From assembly GCA_054600435.1 (NCBI GenBank), contig BAAIJX010000021.1:310001-374000 (forward strand): a stretch of 64,000 nucleotides of DNA. Direction: 5' to 3'. Below, in pieces: positions 1 through 11,939 of this stretch; within the stretch, counting starts at the first letter, position 1; each line of letters starts with the position of its first letter. Position numbers and translations under genes: made by a program. The notes beneath the pieces were generated by a model that was given only the letters and a program-made list of their open reading frames with translations, was not told where the DNA came from and made no database searches. This DNA comes from Neophaeotheca triangularis. Its lineage: Eukaryota.

Positions 1-46
1 CGTCTAGTCTAGAATCTACTTCCAAATATGCATCCACTAACACTCA

Positions 47-120
47 TCCAGGTTAGCTCAGTTGGTTAGAGCGTGGTGCTAATAACGCCAAGGTCGCGAG
101 TTCGACCCTCGTACTGACCA
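47..120 (+). tRNA. tRNA-Ile (anticodon AAT), 5' acceptor strand incomplete
   Basis: D arm TAGCTCAGTTGGTTAGAGC (54-72); anticodon stem TGGTG/CGCCA with AAT at 81-83; T arm GCGAG-TTCGACC-CTCGT (96-112); 3' acceptor ACTGACC plus discriminator A120; T-rich Pol III terminator follows. Positions 47-50 (TCCA) do not pair with the 3' strand. Confidence 0.9.
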
Positions 121-129
121 TTTCTTTTT
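121..129 (+). terminator. Pol III oligo-T terminator of the tRNA
   Basis: TTTCTTTTT immediately after the discriminator base. Confidence 0.7.
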
Positions 130-907
130 GCTCTCTTTCAACTGCCCTGCTGCCCTCTTTGGCTGCCATTGAGATCAGTCTCGTTACAAGGAGAGTCTCG
201 ATCTCTATCGCTCCTTGAGTGTGATTCTGGTACTTGATCAGGCCAGGGCGCGCGTCAAGTTTTTTTGCGAAATGCTTATAAACACACGAAAATCCAAGAA
301 TTTTCAGTGTACAACAGAACATTTTGAGTGAAGGAAGGGAGGAGGTTCCAGACTTGGGTGATGCCTAAGGTAACGTACATCTGGTATTGCCGGTATTTGT
401 CGGGGGCTACGATGCCCGTGGCAGTCCCAACATCCTCCAAGCCAAGCGGTCAGACTAGCCTAGTCAACAATTCTCGTATTCCCTCCTTCGCTTGACTGTG
501 GACGAGATATTGTTCTTCTGTTCATGAGATATTATGGCTGGATATATGTAAGTTCGATGGCACTACTTTCCAGTGTTCTCTGGGAATGTCGACCGGCGAC
601 GGGATTTGGTTGCCGAGACAGCGATGTATGAGCTGTCTGGGTAGCTTAGGGGTTTCCTGACATGGCAGCGCGTTTTCTCATTGCGAAGCGGGACCAGCTC
701 ACTTGAAATACAGACTCGAGCCAAGGCAGCTGATTGTCCTATCTTTCATTATCACTTGAGCCGTGTACCGCCCGATACTAAGATATACCCTTTTTTCGTC
801 GATTGCCGACAGCAACCACCATTGAACCAATTTAATCACCCCACTCGCCCGCCCCTCTCCAGCACATACACCTCCAAACCCTAGCACCACCCCAAGGCCC
901 CCAACCC

Positions 908-1549
908 TCACCCCAAACACTTCAGAATCTCCGGCTGATCGATCAAAACGAGATACCTCACGAGCCGCTCGCCAAACGCCTGCCTCAGCCGCTCCCAAGG
1001 CTCATCGGCCCTCTCAACCACCCTCCTCAAGATCTGCACGCAACACTCCATAACCCTGCCCTCGGCAGCCGCAAACGTAATCCCAACCCCTTCTCTCCCT
1101 CTTCCCCCATGAGCATGCATAAACCGCAACCACGACCCCAACTTGCACCAATCCGGGTGTAGACCTAGATGGCATCTCCATCAGCTACAACAGACAAAAG
1201 CGTGAGCCATCCTCTTTTTTTTTTTTTTTTTATCCAAGACTGTGTGAAAGGGAAACGAACCCGTTAGAGCCACTTCGACTGCACCGGGCACAAGCCAGCG
1301 CTTGAAGGTTCGTGCAAAGAGGAGCAAGCGGCTGGCGTCGCAGTTTAGGACGTCAAAGTGGAAAGTGTTGTTGCCGAAGAAGATTTTGTAGCTGCGGTCG
1401 CGGAGTTCGGTGCAGGTTGCGCTGATAGGGGGAAGAGGGAAGACGGGGATTGTGGGGTGGATGATGAGGGGGGAGGGGGCGAGGAGGACGGCGCGCAGGA
1501 TTGTGTCTTGGAGTTCGGTGGGGAGGCGGCTGAGGGGGGAGTTTTCCAT
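908..1549 (-). CDS. Small hypothetical protein with F-box-like N-terminus (2 exons)
   Basis: Begins MENSPLSRLPTELQDTILRAVL. An intron at 1165-1260 (GTTCGT...GCTGAT...TAG, containing an A-run) joins ...ALTG to LHPDWCKLGSWLRF... in frame. Confidence 0.65.
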
Positions 1550-1888
1550 GTCGGCAGGGAGTGCGGTTTGGAGGGAGTTCTGTGTTGGCCGAGCGGTGAT
1601 GTTGTGGTTTTGTCGGGGGAAGAGACCGTGGCTAGAGTAGAGTCATGACTTATGTGATATTCGCGTCTCAGGACTGATGGGCCAGCCGGATGCTGTACAA
1701 TGGTCATCAATTTTCAGACCTGGCGTAAGCCGATTTCCTCGCTATCGGAGTCGAGATGCAAAGAAAACTGTGGGCAAAACGTTAATGCCAAAGAAAATAC
1801 CCATATCCACACTCTGCGGCAATTGAACATGCAAATTCCCACCTAGCGCCGTTGTACTCCATGCATGCCTTCATAAACGTCAGAAAAA

Positions 1889-3468
1889 TCATCGATACTG
1901 ATCCATAAACTCTTGATGAAACTTCGTAATTCTGCCAACCCAGTCGGTCCCCGGCGCCAAGAAAGTCGTCCTGAAATGCAAGGTACCCTCCTTTTGCCCA
2001 AAACCAGCGCCAGGCACAATGCAAACACCTGTGGCATCGAGAAGCCTCAAGCAATAGTACTCATCAGGCGCCTTTCCGGCTTCCTTGGCAGCCTCGACGG
2101 CCTTTTGAGGGAGATTGATGGTTGGGAAGAGGTACATGGAACCTTGCGGCGATTGGCACTCGACGCCTTCCATCTCCTTGAACGCTTCGTAGAGCGCGAT
2201 TGCTCGCTGGCGTAAGCCGTTGAAGATGCCGTCGTATTCCTTCTTATAGAGTGGGTACGAAGGGTCGCCTTCGCGTGGTGGGTTGACCATGACCTCGACC
2301 ATGCATTGGCCGATGACGGGAGCGCAGAGCATAATGGAAACGAACTTGTAGATTTGGGCGACAACCTAAGGAAGTGTTAGTAATTGTTGATCAAACTTCA
2401 AGGCACAGCAAAACTCACTTCTGGATCGAAGCCAACCATTTCGTAGTAGCCTCCTCGGTGTCCACACTCGCCTACCATACCCTTGCTGATACTGTGCAAG
2501 CTTGCCAATTCAAGACTGTCGAACTTGCCATCCTTGTTCTTGTCACTCCTCTGTAGATCTCTCAACCCCTTCTTGAAGCTGAAGAACTCGCCCTCGAAGA
2601 CATTTGTCTGGTAAACCTCATCCGCAATCATGACCAGGTTCTCCTCAGCCGCCAGCTCAAGCACGGAAGTGATTTCGTGAGGTGCTAGACTTGCGCCCGT
2701 TGGGTTGCCAGGGTTGATGACCACGACAGCGCGCACGTCGATACCCTCCTTCCGAGCCTTGGCCAATGCCTGTTTCATGCCTCCGACATCCGTCCCCCAG
2801 GCATTTGACTCGTTCAGATAATAAGGCACGCACTTTGCATTGAGCAGGCTCAAAGTCGCCGTGTACAGTGGGTACTGCGGGATAGGCACCAGAACGCCAG
2901 TGTCGGGAGTAGCGCAAATGATGTTCATCAGACTGTTGACACCGCTGCTCGCACCAGCGGAGAGGTAGATGTGCTCCGGGTCCGCAGGGTATCCATCTCT
3001 CCTCTCGATAAAATCCGCCACGCTCTTGCGAATACCTGGCGCTCCTTGCGATTGCGAGTAGGCACCCACACTCTTCACGTCCTTCAGCAGTGTCTTTGCC
3101 CTCTTCATGACATCCTTTTTGTAGCCGAGGTTCTTTTCCAGCGTCTCTTCGTTTTCGAGGAGGTCAGGGTTCTCCATGATACTCGCTACCTGCCTAAAAA
3201 AGGTGATGGGCTTCTGGTCGAGCTGCTGGGGGTTTCCGATGTTTGCGCTGATGACAGTGTCGAAGGGGAGGTCCTTGCCCTCGCCCTTGTTGAGCTGAGC
3301 ACGGTATTGCTCACTCTTTACGGCGAGCTCGCCGCGCACGGCGTATTTGGCCACCCTCACATTTTGATTAATGTTGTCGATATTCAGCGCCTTTTGCCCG
3401 GGCTTTTGGGAGTAATTCTGCTTCTGGAGGAAGAATGGAAAGGGGAGGTTTCCCAGAGGACCGAGCAT
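1889..3468 (-). CDS. ALT1: Alanine aminotransferase (PLP class I/II), 2 exons
   Basis: Motifs YAVRGE, ANIGNPQ, INPGNPTG, ADEVYQ, SISKGMVGECGHRGGY, GFGQKEGTLHFRTTFL; intron 2366-2418. Confidence 0.95.
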
Positions 3469-4382
3469 GGTGGGCGATGACGATGCAACAAGCTTGGTGA
3501 TGGGGGTGCTCCGGTGCAGCAGTGGGCTATTGAGGGAAGACGATGGTAAGTAGGGTAAAGACAAGGTCAAAATGCTCCCATTTTCTTTGCGAAAGAGCGC
3601 GCGGATTGACGCGTGCATTTGATCTCGCCGTTTCACCGTGAACCGTGACTAATAGGTAATCTGGAAGTTATTAGCGTAAGGTAACCGTTGACGTAGGGTC
3701 AGAATATAGCGAAGCGGGCTTGCAAATCGTGGACCTCGGGAGACTCCACCTATGTCTCTACCTACCTATAACCTTTTGTAGATACCGACGACTGTCATCT
3801 GTTACCTGCATCGTCACCAGGTAGATAAGATACCTTACCTTATCACGTTATTGTAAGTCAACTTAACTTACTGGACCTCATCTCGTCCTCAACCGGCGTC
3901 AACGCTTTTTTGGCCACAGCTATCGGCATGAGCGTGATAGCGCTGTATGCACCCAAGAAACCTCCAAGACCTCAATAGCATACGAGCCCGAATACCTTAA
4001 GTTGCATTGGCGGCTTATTATCAGCTATGCTACATATCCGCACCTCCGTCTCTACATTGGCACGACAGACTGACCTGCCTCATCAATCAAAGTCCGGACG
4101 ATCGATGCTGGGCGACTCCATATCGCCATGGCTCTCTCAGAAAGCTATTCCTTCCCCGCTCTTTAGCCAGGTAAAAAGGACATGGTTGCGAGCTTGCGAT
4201 GCAGCAGCCAAGGTACTTCGCCCAGTTTCCATGTGCAGTCATTATTGATGAGGCCATGGGCCTCCATGAGGGTAGGTGGAGATTCTCGATCAATCGTTAC
4301 TACTATTTAATGACGAGCTGGCCCCTTCTTGAGCAAGCAATGCCGCCACCCATCACCAAACCCTCATCCCCCTCAATACAAT

Positions 4383-6075
4383 ATGCACTGGACTACCTAC
4401 TCGACGTTGGCGATAGCCTCCCACGGCTTAGGGGTTCATGGCCAGCTGGCGTATGGTTCCAATCACGTGGACGTTATCCGCGATTCCGACCTTGTCGCTC
4501 GAGCATTCCCTGATGTACAGGACATCGAACTTCTGTCGCCGGCCTTCACTGAACCCGAATCCGTACTGCCTGGTTTTAGCAATGGCACAGCGCCACCAAC
4601 TTCCCTCAAGGTGCTCGGTAAGTTCTTCCGTTGTCGAGAATGAGGCAACTGACCGCGATTCTTCTTTCACGAGTCTAATCCGTGCCATAGACAATTTCAT
4701 ACGCGCATTGGCTGAGCGCAACGATTGGATGACTTACATCACAGGGGACTTTCTCTCTGAAGAAGGACGGGCTATGCCATATCTCTACCTGAGCACCAGC
4801 AACTCCGCCAATCCGCCCAAATGCGAAAAGATGAGGGTGTACATGCAGGCCGCTATACATGGCAACGAGCCTGCTGCAGAACAAGGACTCCTAGCGCTTC
4901 TTGGAAAAATGAGCGCCGACCCAACATGGACGAAGTCGCTACTTCAGAGGATGGACATCAAGATTCTGCCGTTGGTTAATCCCGACGGTGTCGAATACTT
5001 CCAGCGCCAATTTGCCAACAACTACGATGGAAACCGGGAGCACATCAAGCTATTCCGACAGCAAGCACGTGATGTCAAGCGGGTATTCAGCGAGTTTGAT
5101 CCGCATGTTTCCCTGGACTTCCACGAGTACACCGCGTCGACAGTGTTTGGTGGAGACTACCGGCACGGCGCCGACTCTCTCGACTCGCCCGGTGGAAATC
5201 TTAACATTGCGCCTGAGATCAGAGCTTTGTCCCTAGACATGTTTATACCTCGCATAACTGAAAGCTTAGAGCCTTATGGCATTCGCTCGGAGCCCTACGT
5301 CACTGGAGCTGGCAACGACACTTCCGGCTCGAGGATCCTATTGCAGGAGGCAGTCACGGAACCAAGACACGCCTTCAATGCACTCGGGCTGCCGCAAACT
5401 GTTTCTATCCTGTTCGAGATGCGAGGGATCCGCTTGGCGAACCAACACTTCCAACGCCGTGTAGCTACCGCCTTGATCAAAGCTTCAGCGGTGTTGGAGT
5501 TGATCAGGGATGACTACGTGCACATCCACGGCACGATCGAGTCCGCCCGCGAAAACTTCATTAACAGTACCGAAGACATCATCGTGACTGAATATTACGG
5601 ACCCGTGACCGAACGAACTTTCACTATGGTCGACCAGCGCAACGGATCTGTGGTACAAGTCCCCGTCGACTTCGAGAACACTACACCCTCTATCGCCAAC
5701 CTTACGCGTCCGAGGCCTGAAGCGTACTTGATTCCTCGCCCCTACTATGATGTTGTGGAGAAGCTGGAAATTCTGGGTCTTCATGTCGAGAAGCTCGACT
5801 ACGAGTACGAGGGCACGGTAGAGGCCATGAACATCACCTCCAACACCGTCGCCGATGAGGTATACGAGGGCACCGTATTCAACACCGTGACCACCGAGTC
5901 CTACGACACGGACGTGCGCCTACCGAGTGGCAGCTGGCTTGTCAGCACGAGGCAGAAGAATGCAGCTTTCGCTTTCATCGCCTTGGAGCCGGAGAACATT
6001 GACTCGTACGTTAGTTGGAATATCGTTCAGGTGGGTGCCGGGGACCAGTACCCTATCTTCAGGGTCATGAAGTAG
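4383..6075 (+). CDS. Secreted zinc carboxypeptidase, peptidase family M14
   Basis: Signal-like start MHWTTYSTLAIASHGLGVHG; intron 4618-4690; Zn motifs IHGNE, NPDG, DFHEY and FEMRG. Confidence 0.88.
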
Positions 6076-6410
6076 GTACGGGGCCAGCCACTAGCTACTG
6101 GGGAAAGAAAGATACATTAGGGTCAGGGGTGGGGTTCGAAGTGACGGCTAGGCAGCAGAGCGTACCTACCAGTAGCTATACCCATCTACGACTTCTACAC
6201 TGCTTTACAACTGCTTCAGTCTGGGTAGCATCGTTACTGGACGTGGATCACGCTCGGCTTTTGCAGGGGAAGAATCATGAGGGCACACAAGAAGCGAGAA
6301 GTTGCAAAATCCCTATGTAAAACGTAGGCTATTACGAGGACATATACTGCTGGAATAGCAAGCAAGTGATGCAGCTACGGCCACTGGCCACGGCGAGAAA
6401 GACAACCACT

Positions 6411-7340
6411 TTAGCTAAACATCAAGCCACATTCCCACTCGTGCTCTTGCTCCGAGAGATGCAGACTGCCGAAGTCTTCCTCAAGATCCGCACCGTGCTG
6501 TACGCCCTCGTCACGGCGATGTCTCTCCCTTCCGATACCACTGCCGCAGGCGGGACACCTTGCACGCTCCACGGGCACACCGCACTCCCCGACTGTGAAA
6601 GTATGGCCGTTCTCACGCCAGTACCAATGACCCGTGCCACTACACTCTGCTGCCGTTGCAGTGACAACCTTACTCCATTGCCTTGCGAATCTCGAGAGCC
6701 GAATGGTAACGCTGAGCGCTCTGGAATTTTCGCACGCGTCTCCGTCACTGATCGATGTCCCCTTGCGGATGGCTATCGCCCTACCAAAAGGCGCGATAGT
6801 TGCGTCCCTTGATCAGATGATCAAGTTCTTCAAGTTCGCGGCCTGACCAAGCAGTGAAATTGTTGTTGATGCTGACGTCCGGCAAAGCCCTTCGTACAAT
6901 CTTCCCGTACCTCGAGACACCGTGCAGCGGGCCGCGAAAGGTGAGACGATTGGGGAACGGCTCAGAAGTGGTCTTGAGCGCAAGCAGCTTTCAAGGCTGA
7001 GCATCAACGTCGTAGTGCTTCCGCATGTCCACAAGGGCGTCTATGCTGCTGACTGTGAAGACGTGTTCGCTGTCGTGACGATGAAGGGTTCTTCATCGAG
7101 ATAAACTTGCCTGTAATTCTCGAACATTACCAGGTCGGCTTGCATCTCCTTGACATGGTCTGCTGCGCATTTCTGGCAGAACTTCTGGTAGAACTGGGCG
7201 CCTGGACATTTCTCGCCGTCCAGCGAAGGCGAAACCGTAAGACCAAGCAGCAACTTTATGTGTTGGTGAGGGTGAGGTGAGGCAAAAGTACCGGAATCCT
7301 TGCCGAAACATCCAGAGCGCGCCCACCTTTTCCGAACACT
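6411..7340 (-). pseudogene. Degenerate C-terminal fragment of a ZNFX1/NFX1-type zinc-finger protein with an RZ-type finger
   Basis: Across frames it reads PSLDGEKCP..FCQKCAADHVKEMQADLVMFENY.QV.LDEEPFIV / EHVFTVSSIDALVDMRKHYDVD..*KLLALK..RGPLHGVSRYGKIVRRAL / GTGHWYWRENGHTFTVGECGVPVERARCPACGSGIG. It carries a frameshift near 7070, a TGA at 6991-6993 and further stops. Confidence 0.75.
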
Positions 7341-7594
7341 CCGTTATTGCTTCACCTCAGGTCACATAACAACTAGCCACAGGTGACTGGCGCAAGCTGC
7401 CTCGGACTATCAAAGGGGATGAATGATTGAATAATCTAGACGTTTGCATGGGTAAATACTACGCAGCGTAAAAGGCCAATAGAAGCCCTGTATCCGGGCG
7501 GTACACGGAGATTGGCGTGTATTTTGAAGCCACAGGGTCGCACCAGCTTTGCCACTCCCTGGCGCAACACTTGAGGTACCAAGCTCTCGGCACA

Positions 7595-8692
7595 TTACTT
7601 CGATCTGCCACCACCGATGTCTTGGCCCAGCTAGTGTAGAGCGTCAGCAAGTGTCCATTGATAGTCAAAAAGAGCCGCTGCGAAGTGGTCAAACTCACCC
7701 TATACCCTCCAATCTTCTCCCAATCAACCCTTTGCCTAGTAACGGGTAGCTGTCTCCTCAAGCCCTTGAAGCTCCCCTCAGCCAACGAAGTGAAAGCCTT
7801 GTTCAGCTCCTCCTGAAACTTGTTCTCCGCTCTTGCTATCTCCCGGACCACTGCATCCGCACCGGTCGTACTGCCGACCTCGACCTTCTTGCTTGTGCTC
7901 ATCCTCACGTTACCGTCCTCGTAGTAGTGAACGTCCACGCTGATTGTGCCGGAAAGGGCGCCGGACGAGGGTGAGAGGATGTAGGTGGAACGCCAACGCC
8001 CGTTCCAGAAGTTCGAGGGTGAGTACTTGTTGGCGACAAGCAGGATGGCGATGGACGAGTCGGAGGAGAAGGGCGTGACGCTAACGGTAGACGTGGGAAA
8101 GTGTTCAGCTGATGCTGTCGAGAAGGCCTTGTTGAGAGATCGGATCGTGTCGGCGTGTTGCGATTCTAGGGGGTGAGATTGAGCTCCGGAGGCTTGCTAT
8201 GTAGCAAGCGGTCAGTCGTTCTGATTAAGGTATGGGTAAAATTGGTACAATCTACCTGCGAAGCGTGATCTACGTGGAACGACGTTTGGCTGGCTGTATC
8301 GAAGTACCTGCCATCGTCCAACGAGTTGTACTCGCTGAGAAGGACCTAGCACGGATCAGCAGCTGTGAAGAGCTCAGTGTGTCACCCTTGCTTACTGCTT
8401 CACTACTACCTGGTAGCTTGACCGTGGTATATTGCTCTTCATTGTACTTCTTGAAAGCCGGCTCCAACGTTCCGACTAAGCTTGAATCAAGCGCCTTGAT
8501 GTCTGTATTCGATCCTCAGCCTTTGCTCGGTCTGGCTCTATGTTTGGAATATATGATGACATACCGGCGACGACGCTCGACAGCTAGCAAAGTCAGTATC
8601 GGTTTCGATGGTTCACGGTAGGCTGTGCCTACCAACCTCTCCCGGTGGGGCAGTCTCCACGAACGAAGCCACTGTAGCCTGCTTTGAGCCCA
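7595..8692 (-). CDS. CAP1: F-actin capping protein alpha subunit (multi-exon)
   Basis: MGSKQATVASFVETAPPGE, KYSPSNFWNGRWRS, VDVHYYEDGNVR, FKGLRRQLPVTRQ, ending LGQDIGGGRSK*; about 4 introns including a ~19-nt exon. Confidence 0.95.
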
Positions 8693-9140
8693 TAATCGCG
8701 GCTTATGGTATTACTGGTAGAAGCTGTGCAAGTTTTACGAGACTTAAATATCTTCTCTGGCAGAGTTCGACGATCGAATGTGGTGCGCGTCAAGGCAGTA
8801 CGAGAGAGGTGAGGTCGACCACAGTCGACGTTGGTCTGTGGGGCGGATTGGCTGGAGAACACGCTACACCTTTTTCGGACTGTTTAATACCCTGTTACGA
8901 CCGTATAAGGTACCTACGTGCAAGGCTGCCAATAAATTATTTACTATACCAGAAACGATGTTTAATGGAAATAGGCAGTGTTTTTAAGATTCATAATACA
9001 TAATAGTGTGACATTAAATTCGGCCGTGTCCCGCTGATGATTCGCCAGACCCAATAACGCCACGCTAAGCTGTGCAACATCATGGAAGGCCTCCGCTCAC
9101 GGTGCTCCTCCCACCGGTTGGAGAAGAGCGTCGAGCAAAT

Positions 9141-11216
9141 CTACTCAATGCTCATCTTCATCAACCCATCATTCGTATCCACCATGCCCTGCATTCCCAA
9201 TTTCTTGCCTCCAGGCACAGTCGAGCCGCTCGCCATGCTGATATTGCTCCCGTTGCTTCCACTCCTGACCGGCTGCAAGTCTGGTGTATTTTGCATACTC
9301 AATCTCATGGCATCACCAGAGAGCGCTTGTCCATCACGCTTCCTCTCAGGCGGTGCGCCCCAACCATTAATCGAGTCGCGCTGGGAAGGACTGTGAGTGA
9401 GAACAGGCGAGTTCTGTGAAGACATGCCTGGTGAAACCGCACGACGCTTGATCGAAGCGATGTCAGAATCGTCCTCGCGCCTACGCTTGAAGTTCTTGAG
9501 ATGAACATCGTCGCTTGTAGCGGCCGGAAAGTTTGGGGCTGCCGCGTTGGTATTGATGCTTTCAGCGTCGCTCGCGTTGGAGGCAGCTCGGAATCGACGG
9601 TTGACTGGAAATGAGCTTCTGTTTTCGCTTGGCAGTGGAGAGTCCATGTTAACGTCCGACATGGCACTGCTGCTGTGACCCGGGAAGGAGGGCGGCGGCG
9701 GGGTGCGCATTGATGATGGATCGAAACGGTTCCAGTAGTTCATACCACCGCTATTGCGCGAAGCTTGAGCAGAGAAGTTTAGCATACCCAGGCCCTTGTT
9801 CGGGTTGTCGAGCGTAGGCTCGTTGTCGAGTTCCTGGTCAAAATTCTCTTGCGCGGATTCCGGTACCGCTGGCAGGAGATTAGGTGAAGATGCCTCGGTA
9901 GCAGTCTGGGGCCTTTCCAGGTCAAACTCAGACACACTGTTATCCCTTTCCCTCACTTGGCGAATGGTTTCCGCTTCGCGCCTCACGTCTGCATCTTGTG
10001 GGGTTGCCTCTTCAGCCAGAGCGGCCCTGATCCTTGCGAAGCCCTTGGTCTTAGGGAGGAGATTTCCTCTTCGGGTGACGACGCGCCTCACTACACCAGG
10101 CGTAGACGGCGCTGTGGCCTCATCACCACTGTCATTGCCGCTCGACAAGTGAAGCCCATCGGTGCCCATGGCTAAGCTTTCTCTTCGGTTTTGTGAAGCT
10201 TTCGACCAACTGAAGGGCCCAGAGTTGGTTGAAGATTCGATACTTCGAAGTGGAGGAGGTGAAGTATTGCGTGGGGAGGCATGTGAACTGTACCCGCTAT
10301 TGCTGGCACTGCTTGAACCTTTCCTGTTGCGCTTCCCGCCCTTGCGCAGCCGCGACCTTCGAATGTTTTTCATCAGGCTTGCAGCTGCAGGAGAAAAATT
10401 GCTTCCCGTTCCCCATCCAGTGTTGCCAGCTGCTATTGGCGAGGCCGTCGTCTGTGTAGTGAAGGGCGTGGCCGCAGTATTGGGGTTTTGTAGCTTATGA
10501 ACTTGGGGCGTAGTGAATACGGCGTCGTCTACGTCATAGCCACCCATGCTAGCATCTTCATCGCTGTCGCTGCTCTCGCTCTCGCTTCCCAGGATATTCA
10601 AACTGCCTACTGAACTGCTCACTGCGCTCTTTTCGTTTGCGAGCGGCGCGCCAGTGTTGCTCGGCCCTAAGTTCGGGGAATCGAGCATCATGCTACTGAT
10701 AGAGCCTTTCCGAGGAGGTATCATCATTCCCTTTTGCGTGAGAGTCGGCGATGAATCTGGGCTTCTTCTTCCCGCCAACGTAGAGTGGTGTAGGTTCGTA
10801 GAAGCTCTTGAGAAGTCCAAACCGCGCGAATGGCGGGGCAGACTGGTCGCCGGAGAATGCTGCTGAGATTCTCTTTGTAACGCGTTCTGTGCCAAAACTT
10901 CGCTTTGAGAGTAGATGTTGTGCTTGTCTAGCTCAGGCGACAAGGGCACTGCTGGTGCTGGCATCGACGAATTGTCTCGGCTCGGCAAATGCAGGGACAG
11001 ACCTCGCGAGAACAGCTCAGGACGTCGCAGAGCCTTCGGTGTTATCGGGAGAGAGTTGTCATCTTTACTCCCCGGGCGACGTTCTTGGAAGGTAGGCGAA
11101 GGGGCCAAGGTGGAGAGAGCGTTGGGAGGGTCAGAGAAGGAGCGGCTCTTTGGAGTTTGCGACGATGTCATTGTATCCTTGGGCGATATGCCGCCTTTCG
11201 GGGAGGCCTGCATCAT
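9141..11216 (-). CDS. Conserved hypothetical Ser/Pro-rich, largely disordered protein (691 aa)
   Basis: Long intronless ORF with conserved-looking islands (RRGNLLPKTKGFARIRAAL, KRRAVSPGMS, DTNDGLMKMSIE). Confidence 0.85.
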   Translation of the reverse strand: MMQASPKGGISPKDTMTSSQTPKSRSFSDPPNALSTLAPSPTFQERRPGSKDDNSLPITPKALRRPELFSRGLSLHLPSRDNSSMPAPAVPLSPELDKHNIYSQSEVLAQNALQRESQQHSPATSLPRHSRGLDFSRASTNLHHSTLAGRRSPDSSPTLTQKGMMIPPRKGSISSMMLDSPNLGPSNTGAPLANEKSAVSSSVGSLNILGSESESSDSDEDASMGGYDVDDAVFTTPQVHKLQNPNTAATPFTTQTTASPIAAGNTGWGTGSNFSPAAASLMKNIRRSRLRKGGKRNRKGSSSASNSGYSSHASPRNTSPPPLRSIESSTNSGPFSWSKASQNRRESLAMGTDGLHLSSGNDSGDEATAPSTPGVVRRVVTRRGNLLPKTKGFARIRAALAEEATPQDADVRREAETIRQVRERDNSVSEFDLERPQTATEASSPNLLPAVPESAQENFDQELDNEPTLDNPNKGLGMLNFSAQASRNSGGMNYWNRFDPSSMRTPPPPSFPGHSSSAMSDVNMDSPLPSENRSSFPVNRRFRAASNASDAESINTNAAAPNFPAATSDDVHLKNFKRRREDDSDIASIKRRAVSPGMSSQNSPVLTHSPSQRDSINGWGAPPERKRDGQALSGDAMRLSMQNTPDLQPVRSGSNGSNISMASGSTVPGGKKLGMQGMVDTNDGLMKMSIE

Positions 11217-11939
11217 TTCTGCGAGCAGTAACCAGCCTGATGGTGCTGTATAGGCACGCTTATTGGAGATATCTCGTTACTCGATGCGGGTGGTCTGCTG
11301 GATGGAGTGATCGCTTCCGCACTGGGCAGCGACGGCTTTTCGGATGGACTTCATGCTCTTGAGCATGTGCGAGCTCGACTTCGGATTAGTCTACATCAAA
11401 CAAGGACATCAGCTCGGCTTCCATTTCGCAGTAAGGTATAGCAAAAATAATGCTCATTGCTACAAGTCATCGCGAGCATGCCGACTCGCCTGAGGTCTCG
11501 CCAAGCTTTCGTGTCTGAACCCCACCTTGAAGTGATTGGCTGTTCCGCCGAACTGGGCCATCAGAGCTTCACCTTGAAGACCCTTTACAACTATATGTAG
11601 GTAACGAGTACCTTAGGTAAGGATTTGGTACCTCCCACTGGTGCAAAGCAGCAGGCGAAGGCCATATGGGTGAGAAACAACGGTCGGGTGTGATTGGTAC
11701 TGAGTCATGTCTTCCATTCGCTGAAGTTGAACAAGACCTGATGTCTGAGCAGGAGCATCGATGTGCTAAGGTATAGCCTAGGTTGGAGCTATGGTGCTGT
11801 TGCACAATCTGGTCTAAAAGGAGCGAAACATCGAGTCCGCAGCAAGGTGTCTTTGCCCGATTGAAATTGAAAGGTTCTTGTGGACAGCAACCGCCCAGCC
11901 CTGCTCTACCACAAAGCAAGCGCGCAGAACTCGACAGCC

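Noticed and set aside
53..322. 89-aa minus-strand ORF
   Set aside because: Its C-terminus is simply the antisense of the tRNA.
6366..6812. 148-aa Cys-containing plus-strand ORF (possible effector)
   Set aside because: It is antisense to the RZ-finger pseudogene and has no credible signal peptide.
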